The notes: generated by a model not told the origin, from the sequence alone. A stretch of DNA of 26,119 nucleotides from Myxococcota bacterium (GCA_040752415.1 JBFMGU010000149.1:1-26119); one strand, 5' to 3'. Positions 16,901 to 25,419 are shown, counted from the first letter of the stretch. Program-made: numbers and translations.

Positions 16901-16953
16901 GCCGGGTCTTTGACGGTGTCTACGTGGATGACGTGCTGGTCGAGACACCCTGA
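13933..16953 (+). CDS. Large surface lipoprotein: Ser/Gly linker, PKD-like repeats, three Big_5/SbsA-type Ig domains, C-terminal beta-sandwich
   Basis: GGAGGG RBS; lipobox SVAC; about five AG.D..IC.G....L / YQW / TTY.LTVTD repeats; DTTPP..P.DG.T.V...V.FDE repeats; C-terminal FLDDFESG...W...GVYVDDVLV. Confidence 0.88.
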   Translation: MGRTNASLALVMWMSGLTASVACTGPGILGPEEEGGAGGQAGGATSSASSAASSSGDSTSNPGGATSNGSTGTSASSNSGGASSGNVTSGPASSGSPVGNASSSGAPDGGSAPGNLEVTADPEVTICAGGAATIGPEVVDGYQYTWVPTDGLSAPQSAQPSASPTTTTTYQLTVTDPATGAQGTAQVQVTVLSPPVAHAGAPRSICTGQSTTLGSPAEPGLTYQWSHALSPDLGSTAELTVTPEATTTYRLLVSDAAGCTSSSEVEVVVRPLPVASAGPDATLRIGSPTTLSASAEQGTPPYAFQWSSDNAACVSSPCIDTLDAPQTLVQPQDNTLFTVTVTDASGCSAQDSVLVTVDDALWVEAGVDAFVCAGESVSLLGSATGGVAPYMLSWAAEPACGAPDCISDPNVSAPTVTPSGTTTFTLTVTDAQGAQQTDQVIVNVAPSPGTAGADASVLRGGTVRLGATATPGATYQWSCNRPECALSDATAADPLATPLRSTSYQLTATGPSGCEEVSSVTVQVGLHVTIDPPDGTTDYPVSSTLQVFFDEEMDPTTLNSDTVQLRNAGSGALLTTVLQYDAAGSVLTIVPTDAGYTYDTDYTLVVVGGVDGVKSADAVMPSILLFNEQVDFSTVAADTTPPGTSFRAPDDGDTGVPLGTSVVAVLDEAVRPETVNETTFTLTGPDGQVTATVSYDPTTRTATLTPGTTLAALTTYVVDLVGVMDLSDNASNEDWSFTTGAAPDTTPPTVVAISPPDGATDVSAGTVIEVTFDEAVDVSTLGNLTLTNLATGIPVVCTVRYDATTHVATWTPTSILDGTTQYRVTLSDVADLSGNLLAAPVEVTFTTRVRLFLDDFESGTGAWTLAPGTNGVAWGLATNTSRSPAYSLTDSPDEKYGNDVSSAAELANPILLPGVTSVSLQFALRTRLERNRDFFALEYQLDDGAWVQVDKPGTTSAWSGNQPWTVWTVLLDATGATQLRLRFRVDTNESRVFDGVYVDDVLVETP

Positions 16954-17162
16954 GCGTGGGCCGGCTTCGCCACGCGGGGCCCAACTCCCCTCCTGAGGGG
17001 CTCCGGGAGTTTCGCGCTCCGTGAGCTGCCGAGGTAATCCTTCCCCGGCATGGCCCACGAGATCAGCACGGACGGGAGCAGGTTGCTGGTGGCGCGCCTT
17101 CTGCTGCGGGCTGGTGCGAGATCCTTGTCGCTGGATGCGGTGCTCCTCCGTCGGAGTGGAGC

Positions 17163-18314
17163 GTGAACGCACCCATCAGTGCGCGCGGCGCGGAGCTGCG
17201 TGAGTTGGCGGTCTTGTTCCTGCGCCTCGGCACCACGGCGTTCGGCGGACCGGCGGCGCACATCGCCATGTTCGAGGAAGAGGTGGTGCGGCGGCGGAAG
17301 TGGCTCAGCCATGAGGAATTCCTGGACCTGCTGAGTGCCACCAACCTGATTCCCGGACCCAACTCCACGGAGATGGCCATCCACATCGGCCACCGACGCG
17401 CCGGATGGATGGGGCTCATCGTCGCCGGAGCGTGCTTCATCCTGCCCGCGGCGTTCATCGTCGGGGGACTGGCCTGGGTCTACGTGCGCCATGGGCAGCT
17501 CCCCGAGGCAGCCGCCGCGCTCTACGGCGTCAAGCCGGTGATCCTCGGCGTGGTCGCGCAGGCGCTCTGGAACCTTGGCAAGGCGGCGATCAAGTCCTGG
17601 CCCCTCGGGCTCCTCGCGGTGGTCACTGCTGCGTGCAGCTTCCTCGGCGTCCATGAGCTCCTGCTCCTGGCCGGCGCGGGCGCGGTCATGGCGGTGGCGC
17701 GTCGGGCGGCGCCGGCGTTGCGCGGAGGTGGCCCGGCGGTGAGCGTGGCGCCGTGGGGATGGGCGGTGGTTGCCGCGGCCTTCGAGCCCACGCAGCTGGG
17801 GAAGCTGTTCCTGGTGTTCCTCAAGATCGGGTCGGTCCTCTACGGGAGCGGCTACGTCCTGTTGGCCTTCCTGCGAGCCGACCTGGTGGAGCGGCTGGGT
17901 TGGCTCACGGAGGGGCAGCTGCTGGACGCCGTCGCGGTGGGCCAGGTGACGCCGGGGCCGGTGTTCACCACGGCAACCTTCATCGGCTACGTGCTCGGCG
18001 GCTGGCCGGGCGCGGTGCTCGCGACGGTTGGCATCTTCCTTCCGGCGTTCGTGTTCGTGGCACTCAGCGGGCCCCTGGTGCCGCGGCTGCGCCGGTCCCC
18101 CACGGCGGGCGCCGTTCTCGACGGTGTGAACGTGGCGTCGCTGTCACTGATGGCCGTGGTGTCCTGGCAGCTGGGGTCGGCCGCCATCGTCGACGTGTGG
18201 ACGGGTGCCATCGCGGTGATCGGTTGCGTCGCGCTGTTGTGGGCGCGGGTCAACGCAACCTGGCTGGTCCTGGGAGGCGCCGCTGCCGGGCTGGCCATTC
18301 GCGCGCTGGGGTGA
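17163..18314 (+). CDS. chrA: Chromate efflux transporter, CHR family (long chain)
   Basis: FLRLGTTAFGGPAAHIAM, LIPGPNSTEMAIHIG, KIGSVLYGSGYVL, GQVTPGPVFTTATFIGY. Confidence 0.95.
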   Translation: MNAPISARGAELRELAVLFLRLGTTAFGGPAAHIAMFEEEVVRRRKWLSHEEFLDLLSATNLIPGPNSTEMAIHIGHRRAGWMGLIVAGACFILPAAFIVGGLAWVYVRHGQLPEAAAALYGVKPVILGVVAQALWNLGKAAIKSWPLGLLAVVTAACSFLGVHELLLLAGAGAVMAVARRAAPALRGGGPAVSVAPWGWAVVAAAFEPTQLGKLFLVFLKIGSVLYGSGYVLLAFLRADLVERLGWLTEGQLLDAVAVGQVTPGPVFTTATFIGYVLGGWPGAVLATVGIFLPAFVFVALSGPLVPRLRRSPTAGAVLDGVNVASLSLMAVVSWQLGSAAIVDVWTGAIAVIGCVALLWARVNATWLVLGGAAAGLAIRALG

Positions 18315-18385
18315 GGCGGGCGATATCACCCGACGAGTCGGAAACACGACCCGCACCACGGCACGTGGCCAACGAAGCGACGGCT

Positions 18386-18577
18386 TCAGAACCGCATCCC
18401 GCGCTTCGCGCGGAACATGAACCAGTCGTACGCCAGCCATGCGCCAAACCCCACCACCGGCAATCCCAGGATGGGCGCGCCCGTCACCGCCAACGTCACC
18501 CCTGCTGCCGTGGTCACCAGCGCCATGGTGCCCTTCTTCCTGGCGGTGTCCTTGTCCCGCTGAATCAAGCTGCCCAT
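18386..18577 (-). CDS. Small membrane protein, 63 aa
   Basis: AGGAGAG RBS; two hydrophobic segments; basic C-terminus WFMFRAKRGMRF; GC3-biased codons. Confidence 0.7.
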   Translation of the reverse strand: MGSLIQRDKDTARKKGTMALVTTAAGVTLAVTGAPILGLPVVGFGAWLAYDWFMFRAKRGMRF

Positions 18578-18753
18578 TGCCTCTCCTGCTGGCAGCCCGG
18601 TTGCGGGCCACCCTGGACGTGTCCCTCAACGTGCGAAAGGGAAGGGCGGTTGGCAAGTGCCCGCTGCCGGATGGGCGTCACCAAGTGCCGGACACCCGGA
18701 TCCCGGCTAAGACGCGCTGCCCGGAAACCCCGGAATCACCCTGAGGACGCACC

Positions 18754-19095
18754 ATGGCCAATGACACCACGTACTACGAGCCCAAGGACCTGGCCCGCTT
18801 CGGCGAGATCGGGAAGAACGCGCCGGAGCTCTGGAAGAAGTTCCAGGAGTGGTACGGCGCCGTCTTCGCCGAGGGGGCGCTCAGTGAGCGGGAGAAGGCG
18901 CTCATCGCCCTGGCCGTGGCGCACACCGTGCAGTGTCCGTATTGCATCGACGCGTACACCACCACGTCGCTGGAGAAGGGCTCCAACCTGGACCAGATGA
19001 CGGAGGCCATCCACGTGGCGGCGGCCATCCGCGGCGGCAGTGTGCTGGTGCACGGCACGCAGATGCGCTCGCACGTCCACAAGATCGGGATGTGA
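18754..19095 (+). CDS. CMD/AhpD-like peroxidase-related protein (arsenosugar/ArsS-associated, TIGR04169-like)
   Basis: YYEPKDLARF, GALSEREKALIALAVAHTVQCPYCIDAYT, EAIHVAAAIRGGSVLVHGTQM; CxxC motif. Confidence 0.88.
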   Translation: MANDTTYYEPKDLARFGEIGKNAPELWKKFQEWYGAVFAEGALSEREKALIALAVAHTVQCPYCIDAYTTTSLEKGSNLDQMTEAIHVAAAIRGGSVLVHGTQMRSHVHKIGM

Positions 19096-19102
19096 GGTCA
19101 CA

Positions 19103-19645
19103 GTGCTGCGCATCACCGGCGGGGATCTGCGCGGTCGACGCTTCCGCGCGCCCAAGGGCTCCGACACCAGGCCCACCTCGGACATGGTCCGCCAGGCGCT
19201 GTTCAACCTGCTGGGCCAGGAGCTGGGTGGGGAGCACGTGCTGGACGTGTACTGCGGCAGCGGCGCGCTGGGCCTGGAGGCGCTGAGCCGGGGCGCGGCC
19301 ACCGCGTGGCTCGTCGACAAGTCGCGGCAGGTCTGTGAGCTGGTGCGCCAGAACGCCGCCGAGCTGGGGCTCTCCGCGCGCGTCACCGTGGTCTGCTCCG
19401 ACGCCGTGAAGGCGCTGCGCTCCCTTCCCGCCGGCGGCGCCTCGCTGGCCTTCTGCGACCCGCCCTACGCGCTCCAGGACCGGTCCGCGCTGCTGGACGC
19501 GCTGGCGCACGCGGTGCATCCCGGCGGCACGCTGGTGTTCGAAACCGCCGAGGAGGACGAGGGCCTGCACCCGCCGGAAGCGTGGGAGCCCACGGACACC
19601 CGGGTGTACGGCGGAACGCGGCTGCACCTGTTGCGCCGTCGCTGA
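19103..19645 (+). CDS. rsmD: 16S rRNA m2G966 methyltransferase
   Basis: GTG start; LRITGG.LRGR, TRPTSDMVRQALFN, LDVYCGSGALGLEALSRGA, DPPY; precedes coaD as is common. Confidence 0.93.
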   Translation: MLRITGGDLRGRRFRAPKGSDTRPTSDMVRQALFNLLGQELGGEHVLDVYCGSGALGLEALSRGAATAWLVDKSRQVCELVRQNAAELGLSARVTVVCSDAVKALRSLPAGGASLAFCDPPYALQDRSALLDALAHAVHPGGTLVFETAEEDEGLHPPEAWEPTDTRVYGGTRLHLLRRR

Positions 19646-19684
19646 AACTTGCCCGCGGGCTGGGCCCGGTTGCAGTCTCCTCCC

Positions 19685-20167
19685 ATGCGCACGGTGATCT
19701 ACCCCGGCTCCTTCGACCCGCTCACCAACGGACACCTCAACATCATCGGGCGCTGCCTGCGTCTCTTTGATCGCGTGGTGGTGGCGGTGGCCCACAATCC
19801 CGCCAAGGCCACCGGGCTGTTCACCTTCGAGGAGCGGCGCGCGCTGATCATGGAGTGCGTGCAGGACGGTCGACTGGAGATTGACGCGTTCCAGGGTCTG
19901 CTCGTCGACTACGTGCGCAAGAAGGGCGCGGACTGCGTGGTGCGCGGCCTGCGCGCGGTGAGCGACTTCGAGTACGAGTTCCAGATGGCCAACATGAACC
20001 GCAAGCTGGCGCCCGGCGTGGAAGCCATCTTCATGATGACCAACGAGGAGAACTTCTACATCTCCTCGCGCCTGGTGCGGGAAGTGGCCAGCTACGGTGG
20101 CGACGTCAGCGGCCTGGTCCCCGCCCCGGTGGCCTCCGCGCTCGCCGCCAAGTTCAAGCGCGGCTGA
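19685..20167 (+). CDS. coaD: Phosphopantetheine adenylyltransferase
   Basis: [43 protein letters not shown]. Confidence 0.97.
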   Translation: MRTVIYPGSFDPLTNGHLNIIGRCLRLFDRVVVAVAHNPAKATGLFTFEERRALIMECVQDGRLEIDAFQGLLVDYVRKKGADCVVRGLRAVSDFEYEFQMANMNRKLAPGVEAIFMMTNEENFYISSRLVREVASYGGDVSGLVPAPVASALAAKFKRG

Positions 20168-20179
20168 ACCGAAGGGCGC

Positions 20180-20794
20180 ATGCGCACCCTGGGCGAGCGA
20201 CTCGGCAACCTCCTCGGGCTCGCGGCGCCGGTGGTCTTGTTCTTCGCCTGGGCGCTGGATGAGCCCACGCCGCGTCCGCTCGTCATGCCCGCGGCCTCGC
20301 CCAGCCTGCCGCTGCTGGACGCGCCCTGCCTGGGCAACGTCATCCTCGCCGACCCCGAGCTGCAGGACCCCAACTTCAGCGGCACGCGCATCCTGCTCTG
20401 CGCTCACGACGAGAACGGCGCCCTGGGCGTTGTCCTGAACCGTTCGCTGAGGCGTTCGCCCACCGAGCTGCTCGGCCGCGGGCAGTGGCGGACGGGGCCC
20501 CTGCACTGGGGCGGACCGGTGCACCAGGGCCAGGGCGTGGGCGTGTACCGTCGGGAGGGGGAGCTGCGGTTCACCACCATGCACGCCGGCGCGCGCTTCC
20601 CGGACAACGGCTGGCTCTGGCCCGACCGCGTCCGCGACGACGAGTGGATCCTCTTCGCCGTGGGCCTGGCCGGGTGGAACGCCGGTCAGCTCGACGACGA
20701 GGTGGCCGCCGGCGTGTGGATCCTCAGCAACCTGGAGGTGGAGCAGGCCCTGGGACGGAACGCGGACGTGGACGCGGAGGCGCGCGCGCCGTGA
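20180..20794 (+). CDS. YqgE/AlgH (DUF179) family protein with N-terminal hydrophobic extension
   Basis: LADPELQDPNF, HDENGALGVVLNR, WGGPV, GLAGWNAGQLDDEV..G.W. Confidence 0.8.
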   Translation: MRTLGERLGNLLGLAAPVVLFFAWALDEPTPRPLVMPAASPSLPLLDAPCLGNVILADPELQDPNFSGTRILLCAHDENGALGVVLNRSLRRSPTELLGRGQWRTGPLHWGGPVHQGQGVGVYRREGELRFTTMHAGARFPDNGWLWPDRVRDDEWILFAVGLAGWNAGQLDDEVAAGVWILSNLEVEQALGRNADVDAEARAP

Positions 20795-20931
20795 CGTCGT
20801 GGCGGCGGGACGGACGCGCCCTTCCCACGTCGGTACATCCCCACGGTGTTGCTGACAGGCCCGCGCCGGCTCCCGCGCAGCGTGGAGGCGGTGGCGGTGC
20901 TCCATCACGTTCACGACGGAAGGAGTGCCCA

Positions 20932-21792
20932 ATGCGCAGGCAGGTGGACTACCACGAGCGGCAGCGCTTCATCGGCGGCCCCGTCCTCCGGGATGACGCC
21001 GGAAAATCCGGGTGGGGCGACGATTTTGGTGGCCGCGAAGGCTACGGCGCCAGCCCGGAAAGGCCGGAGGGCTACGGCGCGTATGAGCGACCCGGCACGG
21101 AGTGGCTGGAGGACGAGGAGGCTCGCGCCGGCCATGAACGACCCAACGCCGGCGGCGGAGAGTACGGACGCGAGTTCTCCCGCCGGGAGGGCTGGGGCCG
21201 CGGTGGGCGGGAGTACGGTCGCGACTTTGGCGGCTGGGAGCTGCACCACCACGACTACTCCGGCCGCGTCTTCTACCCGCCCACCGCCGAGTACATGGAG
21301 CGCAGCGGCGGTGGCATGGGCGGGCGCAAGGCCTCCGGTGCGTTCACGCGCGGCGGGTTCCTGGAGGAGAGCCGTGACGAGGTCAGCCTGGAGCATGAGC
21401 CCGTGCGCGGACAGCGCGGCATGGGTCCGCGCGGCTACATCCGCCCGGATGACCGCATCCTGGATGACGTGGTCAACGCGCTCACCGACAGCGACGACGT
21501 CGACGCCACGGACATCATCGTCAGCGTTCGCAACGGCGAGGTGACCCTCAGCGGCGACGTGGACGACCGCGAGCAGCGCTGGGCCGCCGAGGACCTGGTG
21601 GAGTCCGTGCACGGCGTGAAGGCGGTGCTCAACGAGCTGGGCGTGCGCAACATGCGGCCCCCGTCCGACGAGCCGCTGCGTCGCGAGAGCTGGAACATCC
21701 CCGCCCGGGAGCAGCGGGAGTCCCCCTGGGGCGCGCGCGGCACCCGCAACGTGCCGTTCCGCGGCGGCTCCGCGTCGCGCACGCGGTACTGA
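20932..21792 (+). CDS. BON-domain protein with disordered Gly/Arg/Glu-rich N-terminus
   Basis: AAGGAG RBS; GPRGYIRPDDRILDDVVNAL...VDATDIIVSVRNGEVTLSGDV...GVKAVLNEL. Confidence 0.9.
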   Translation: MRRQVDYHERQRFIGGPVLRDDAGKSGWGDDFGGREGYGASPERPEGYGAYERPGTEWLEDEEARAGHERPNAGGGEYGREFSRREGWGRGGREYGRDFGGWELHHHDYSGRVFYPPTAEYMERSGGGMGGRKASGAFTRGGFLEESRDEVSLEHEPVRGQRGMGPRGYIRPDDRILDDVVNALTDSDDVDATDIIVSVRNGEVTLSGDVDDREQRWAAEDLVESVHGVKAVLNELGVRNMRPPSDEPLRRESWNIPAREQRESPWGARGTRNVPFRGGSASRTRY

Positions 21793-21961
21793 TCCGCTCC
21801 CGCTCCGGGCCCGGCGCCTTCCACCTGCGGGGATTTGCCGCACCCCCGTGGCAGGAGGGCGCCGCCGCGTTCCCTTGCCGCGCGTTCCCGACGGCACCAC
21901 ACCCCACCGCGACGCTCTGCCGCGCGCAGGATTCTCGGCCCTCCGCCGTCGTGGAAGCGGC

Positions 21962-21991
21962 TTGACGCTGTTTTTGCGCAAGTGCTACCTG
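21962..21991 (+). promoter_or_regulatory. Candidate sigma70-type promoter upstream of the cyoE operon
   Basis: TTGACG, 18-nt spacer, TACCTG preceded by TG; locally AT-richer patch. Confidence 0.35.
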
Positions 21992-22039
21992 CCACGTTCC
22001 TCGTCGTGACGCCCACGACGGCGCAAGGAGAGCGGCACG

Positions 22040-22774
22040 GTGCGCGCAACCTGGAGCCTGGCGCTGGCAGCGGTGGTGACGGCGTGCCTGGTGGGTGCGT
22101 TGGCCCAGGCGCAGCAGGCCGCCAACAATGCGCAGGTGCCCGGTGTGAGAGCGCTGGTGACCTACTCCGGCAAGGGCTGGCGTGGTCCCGCGCCCAAGCG
22201 CGCCGCGGATCCCACCTGCGGCAAACCCTTCGCCGTCACCGACGAGCAGCTGGTCATCAGCGCCAACAACAACGGCCTGCTCAACACGCTGGTGTACGTG
22301 AGCAAGGGCGCGCCCACGGGGAAGACGGGTGAGTCCCTGGAGCTGGCGCACCAGAACTGCACCTACCGTCCGCGCGTGGCCGCGGTGGTGGCGGGCAGCA
22401 ACCTGCGCCTCACCAATGCCGACGCGGTGCCGCACCAGCTCCACGCCTACCGCGGCATCAAGACCATCCTGAACCAGTCGCTGGAGCCCGGCGGCGCCAT
22501 CACGCTGGAGACGCGGGAACACGCCGGACAGATCCTGCGCTTCCACTGTGACGTGCACCCTGGCGCCATCTCCTGGGTCCACGTGCTGGATCACCCGTTC
22601 TTCGCCGTCACCAATGAGCGCGGGGAGGCGCTGCTGCCGGAGCTGCCACCCGGTCAGTACACGGTGACGGCGTGGCACGAGAAGTTCGGCCCCCGCACCG
22701 CGGACCTCACGGTCACCGCGGGTCAGCCGGCGGAAGTGAAGTTCGTGTTCGACGGGACGGAAGTTCGTCCCTGA
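22040..22774 (+). CDS. Exported cupredoxin-like / carboxypeptidase-regulatory-like domain protein
   Basis: AAGGAG RBS; signal peptide; QNCTYRPRV, NADAVPHQLH, CDVHP, HPFFAVT..G, LPPGQYTVTAWHEKFG. Confidence 0.85.
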   Translation: MRATWSLALAAVVTACLVGALAQAQQAANNAQVPGVRALVTYSGKGWRGPAPKRAADPTCGKPFAVTDEQLVISANNNGLLNTLVYVSKGAPTGKTGESLELAHQNCTYRPRVAAVVAGSNLRLTNADAVPHQLHAYRGIKTILNQSLEPGGAITLETREHAGQILRFHCDVHPGAISWVHVLDHPFFAVTNERGEALLPELPPGQYTVTAWHEKFGPRTADLTVTAGQPAEVKFVFDGTEVRP

Positions 22775-22793
22775 AGTCCGTGGGAGCCTGCCT

Positions 22794-23690
22794 TTGACCA
22801 CCACCGTTGCGCCCAAGCTGGACACCATCACCGCCACCGCGCACCTGCGCGACCTCTGGCAGCTCACCAAGCCACGGGTGACCACCCTGGTGGTGTTCAC
22901 CGGCATCGTCGGGCTGCACGTGGCGCAGGGCCCCAAGGACGTGGCGCTGTTCTTCTGGACGCTGCTGGGCTGCTCGCTCCTCGTCGCCAGCGCCAACACG
23001 CTCAACTGCTACATCGAGCGTCACTCCGACGCGCTCATGTCCCGCACCCGCAACCGCCCGCTGCCCGCCGGCCGCGTGGAGCCGTGGGAGGCGTTGCTGC
23101 TGGGGAACCTGCTCCTCGTCGTCTCGCTGCCCATGCTCGCGCTCGGCGCCAACCTGGCCACCGCGCTGCTCGGCATCCTTGCGCACCTGGGCTACGTGAT
23201 GGTGTACACGCCCATGAAGCGCACCAGCACGTGGGCCACGCTGGTGGGCGGAGTGCCCGGCGCCATGCCGCCGCTGATGGGCTACGTCGCCGTGACCGGC
23301 ACCCTCGACGTGGCGGGTCTGCTGCTCTTCGCCGTGCTCTTCGTCTGGCAGATCCCGCACACGCTGGCCATTGGGCTGTTGCGCAAGGATGAGTACGCGG
23401 CGGCGGGCATCCGCGTGGTGCCGGGCGCGTACAGCGAGCGCGCGGTGGGCACGCAGATCCTGCTGACCACGGCGCTGCTCGTCGTCACCACGCTGGGGCT
23501 GGCGGCGGTGGAGCTGGCGGGCGTGGTGTACCTGGCGCTCAGTGTGGTGCTGGGCGCGGTGTTCCTCTTCACGGCGTTCCGTCGTCGGAACCAGGACACC
23601 CGCGGGTATGCGCGCGGCGTGTTCCTCTACTCCATGGCGTACCTGAGCTTCCTGCTCATGGCGCTGAGCCTGGACAAGACGGCGGGCTGA
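22794..23690 (+). CDS. cyoE: Protoheme IX farnesyltransferase (heme o synthase)
   Basis: LTKPRV, LNCYIERHSDALMSRTRNRPLPAG, YTPMKR, GAMPPLMG, WQIPH, DEYAAAG. Confidence 0.95.
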   Translation: MTTTVAPKLDTITATAHLRDLWQLTKPRVTTLVVFTGIVGLHVAQGPKDVALFFWTLLGCSLLVASANTLNCYIERHSDALMSRTRNRPLPAGRVEPWEALLLGNLLLVVSLPMLALGANLATALLGILAHLGYVMVYTPMKRTSTWATLVGGVPGAMPPLMGYVAVTGTLDVAGLLLFAVLFVWQIPHTLAIGLLRKDEYAAAGIRVVPGAYSERAVGTQILLTTALLVVTTLGLAAVELAGVVYLALSVVLGAVFLFTAFRRRNQDTRGYARGVFLYSMAYLSFLLMALSLDKTAG

Positions 23691-24646
23691 TGTCGTCGGG
23701 CGTGCCGCTCCTGGAGGGCCGGGGGATCACGCACCGCTACGGCAGCCGCGTGGCCCTCTCCGACGTCTCGTTCCGCGCTCACGCGGGCGAGGCGCTGGCG
23801 GTGATTGGCCCCAACGGCGCGGGCAAGACCACGTTGTTCCGCATCCTCCTGGGCCTGCTGACGCCGGAGTCCGGTGAGCTGCGCATGGAGGACCGTCCCG
23901 TCTCCCCGCGCGACCCGGCGTTGCGCACCGTGATGGGTGTGGTCTTCCAGGACCCCTCTCTCGACGCACGACTCACCGTGCGCGAGAACCTCACGCTGTT
24001 CGCCTCCATGCACCTGTTGCGTGGCGCCAGGGCGCGGGAGCGCGTGGACGAGCTGTTGCGCATGCTGGAGCTCACCGACCGCGCCGACGAGCTGGTGCAG
24101 AAGCTGAGCGGGGGCTTGAAGCGCCGGGTGGAGCTGGCGCGCGCGTTGGTGCACCGCCCCCGCGTGCTCATCCTCGACGAGCCCACCACCGGCGTGGACC
24201 TGGTGGCGCTGCGCACCTTCTGGCGCTTCATTGACCAGCTCCGTCAACGTGACGGCCTCTGCGTCCTGGTCACCACCCACCGCTCCGACGAGGCCGAGCG
24301 GTGCGAGCGCGTGATGGTGTTGAACCTGGGGAAGGTGGTGGCGGAGGGCACGCCTGAGGCGCTCATCTCGCGCGTGGGTGGCGACGTGATCGTGCTGCGC
24401 ACCACGGAGACCGAGCCGGTGGCGCGCGCGGTGCGGGATCGGTTGGGCCTCCAGGCCACCTCCCACGACGGAGAAGTGCGCGTTCCCTGCACCCACGGGC
24501 CGGAGCTCATTCCGCGCGTGCTCGAGGCCACCGGCGGCTGGGGGCACGTGGGCGCGGTGACGCTGCGTCGACCGTCGATTGCGGATGCGTTCGCGGTGCT
24601 GACGGGCTCGTCGCTGGAGGATGAGCCGATGGGAGGCGGGGCATGA
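23690..24646 (+). CDS. ABC transporter ATP-binding protein (DrrA/NodI-like)
   Basis: GPNGAGKTT, LSGG, ILDEPTTG, TTH; TGATG overlap with cyoE. Confidence 0.95.
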   Translation: MSSGVPLLEGRGITHRYGSRVALSDVSFRAHAGEALAVIGPNGAGKTTLFRILLGLLTPESGELRMEDRPVSPRDPALRTVMGVVFQDPSLDARLTVRENLTLFASMHLLRGARARERVDELLRMLELTDRADELVQKLSGGLKRRVELARALVHRPRVLILDEPTTGVDLVALRTFWRFIDQLRQRDGLCVLVTTHRSDEAERCERVMVLNLGKVVAEGTPEALISRVGGDVIVLRTTETEPVARAVRDRLGLQATSHDGEVRVPCTHGPELIPRVLEATGGWGHVGAVTLRRPSIADAFAVLTGSSLEDEPMGGGA

Positions 24647-25419
24647 GCCACCTGGTTGCCACCGCACATGCGCTCTGGCTGCGTGACCTCAAGCGCTTCT
24701 TCCGTCAGCCCAGCCGTGTCGTCGGGGCGCTGGGGCAGCCGGTGGTGTTCTGGGCGGTGTTTGGCGCGGGCTTCTCACGCAGCTTCAAGGTGCCGGGCGC
24801 GGAGGACACCGCCTACGGTGCGTTCCTCTTCCCCGGCATCCTGGCCATGACGCTGCTCTTCACCGCCATCTTCTCGACGGTGAGCGTGATCGAGGACCGT
24901 CGCGAGGGCTTCCTGCAGGCGGTGCTGGCCGGGCCCGCGCCGCGTTCCGCGATTGCCTTGGGGAAGACGCTGGGCGGCGCCACGCTGGCGCTGATCCAGA
25001 CGTTGCTCCTGCTGCCCTTTGCGCCGCTGGCCGGTGTGCCACTCCTGCAGGCCAACTTCCCGGCGCTGCTCGCGACGATGGTGCTGACTGCGCTCGCCGT
25101 CACCGCGCTGAGCTTTGCGCTGGCGTGGTCGTTCCACTCGAGCCAGGGCTTTCACGCCGTCATGAGCATCCTGCTGATTCCCATGTGGATCCTCTCCGGC
25201 GCCATGTTCCCGGTGTCGGGCGCGTCGGAGTGGCTGGGGTGGCTCATGAAGTTGAACCCCATGACGTGGTGCGTGACGGCGCTGCGCCGCTCGCTGCAGG
25301 GCGACGCGCTGGCCACCGCAGCGTCGGGGATGAGCAGTGGCGCGGGGATGGAGGTGGCGGTGGTGGCGGGGTTCTGCGTCGTGGCGGTGGGGTTGGCCAT
25401 GCTGCGGACCCGTCGCTGA
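24643..25419 (+). CDS. ABC-2 type permease
   Basis: LRDLKRFFRQ, FLFPGILAM, IEDRREGFLQAVL, LSGAMFP, LNPMT; ATGA overlap with the ATPase. Confidence 0.93.
   Translation: MSHLVATAHALWLRDLKRFFRQPSRVVGALGQPVVFWAVFGAGFSRSFKVPGAEDTAYGAFLFPGILAMTLLFTAIFSTVSVIEDRREGFLQAVLAGPAPRSAIALGKTLGGATLALIQTLLLLPFAPLAGVPLLQANFPALLATMVLTALAVTALSFALAWSFHSSQGFHAVMSILLIPMWILSGAMFPVSGASEWLGWLMKLNPMTWCVTALRRSLQGDALATAASGMSSGAGMEVAVVAGFCVVAVGLAMLRTRR

Noticed and set aside
13894..17172. 1092-aa minus-strand ORF and other long antisense ORFs (4993-6672, 9854-11209, 18902-20932, 21629-23005)
   Set aside because: They overlap recognisable genes on the other strand and have no motifs; expected in high-GC DNA.
21812..21861. 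GC-rich hairpin after the BON gene as an intrinsic terminator
   Set aside because: No U-tract follows, so it cannot be called with confidence.
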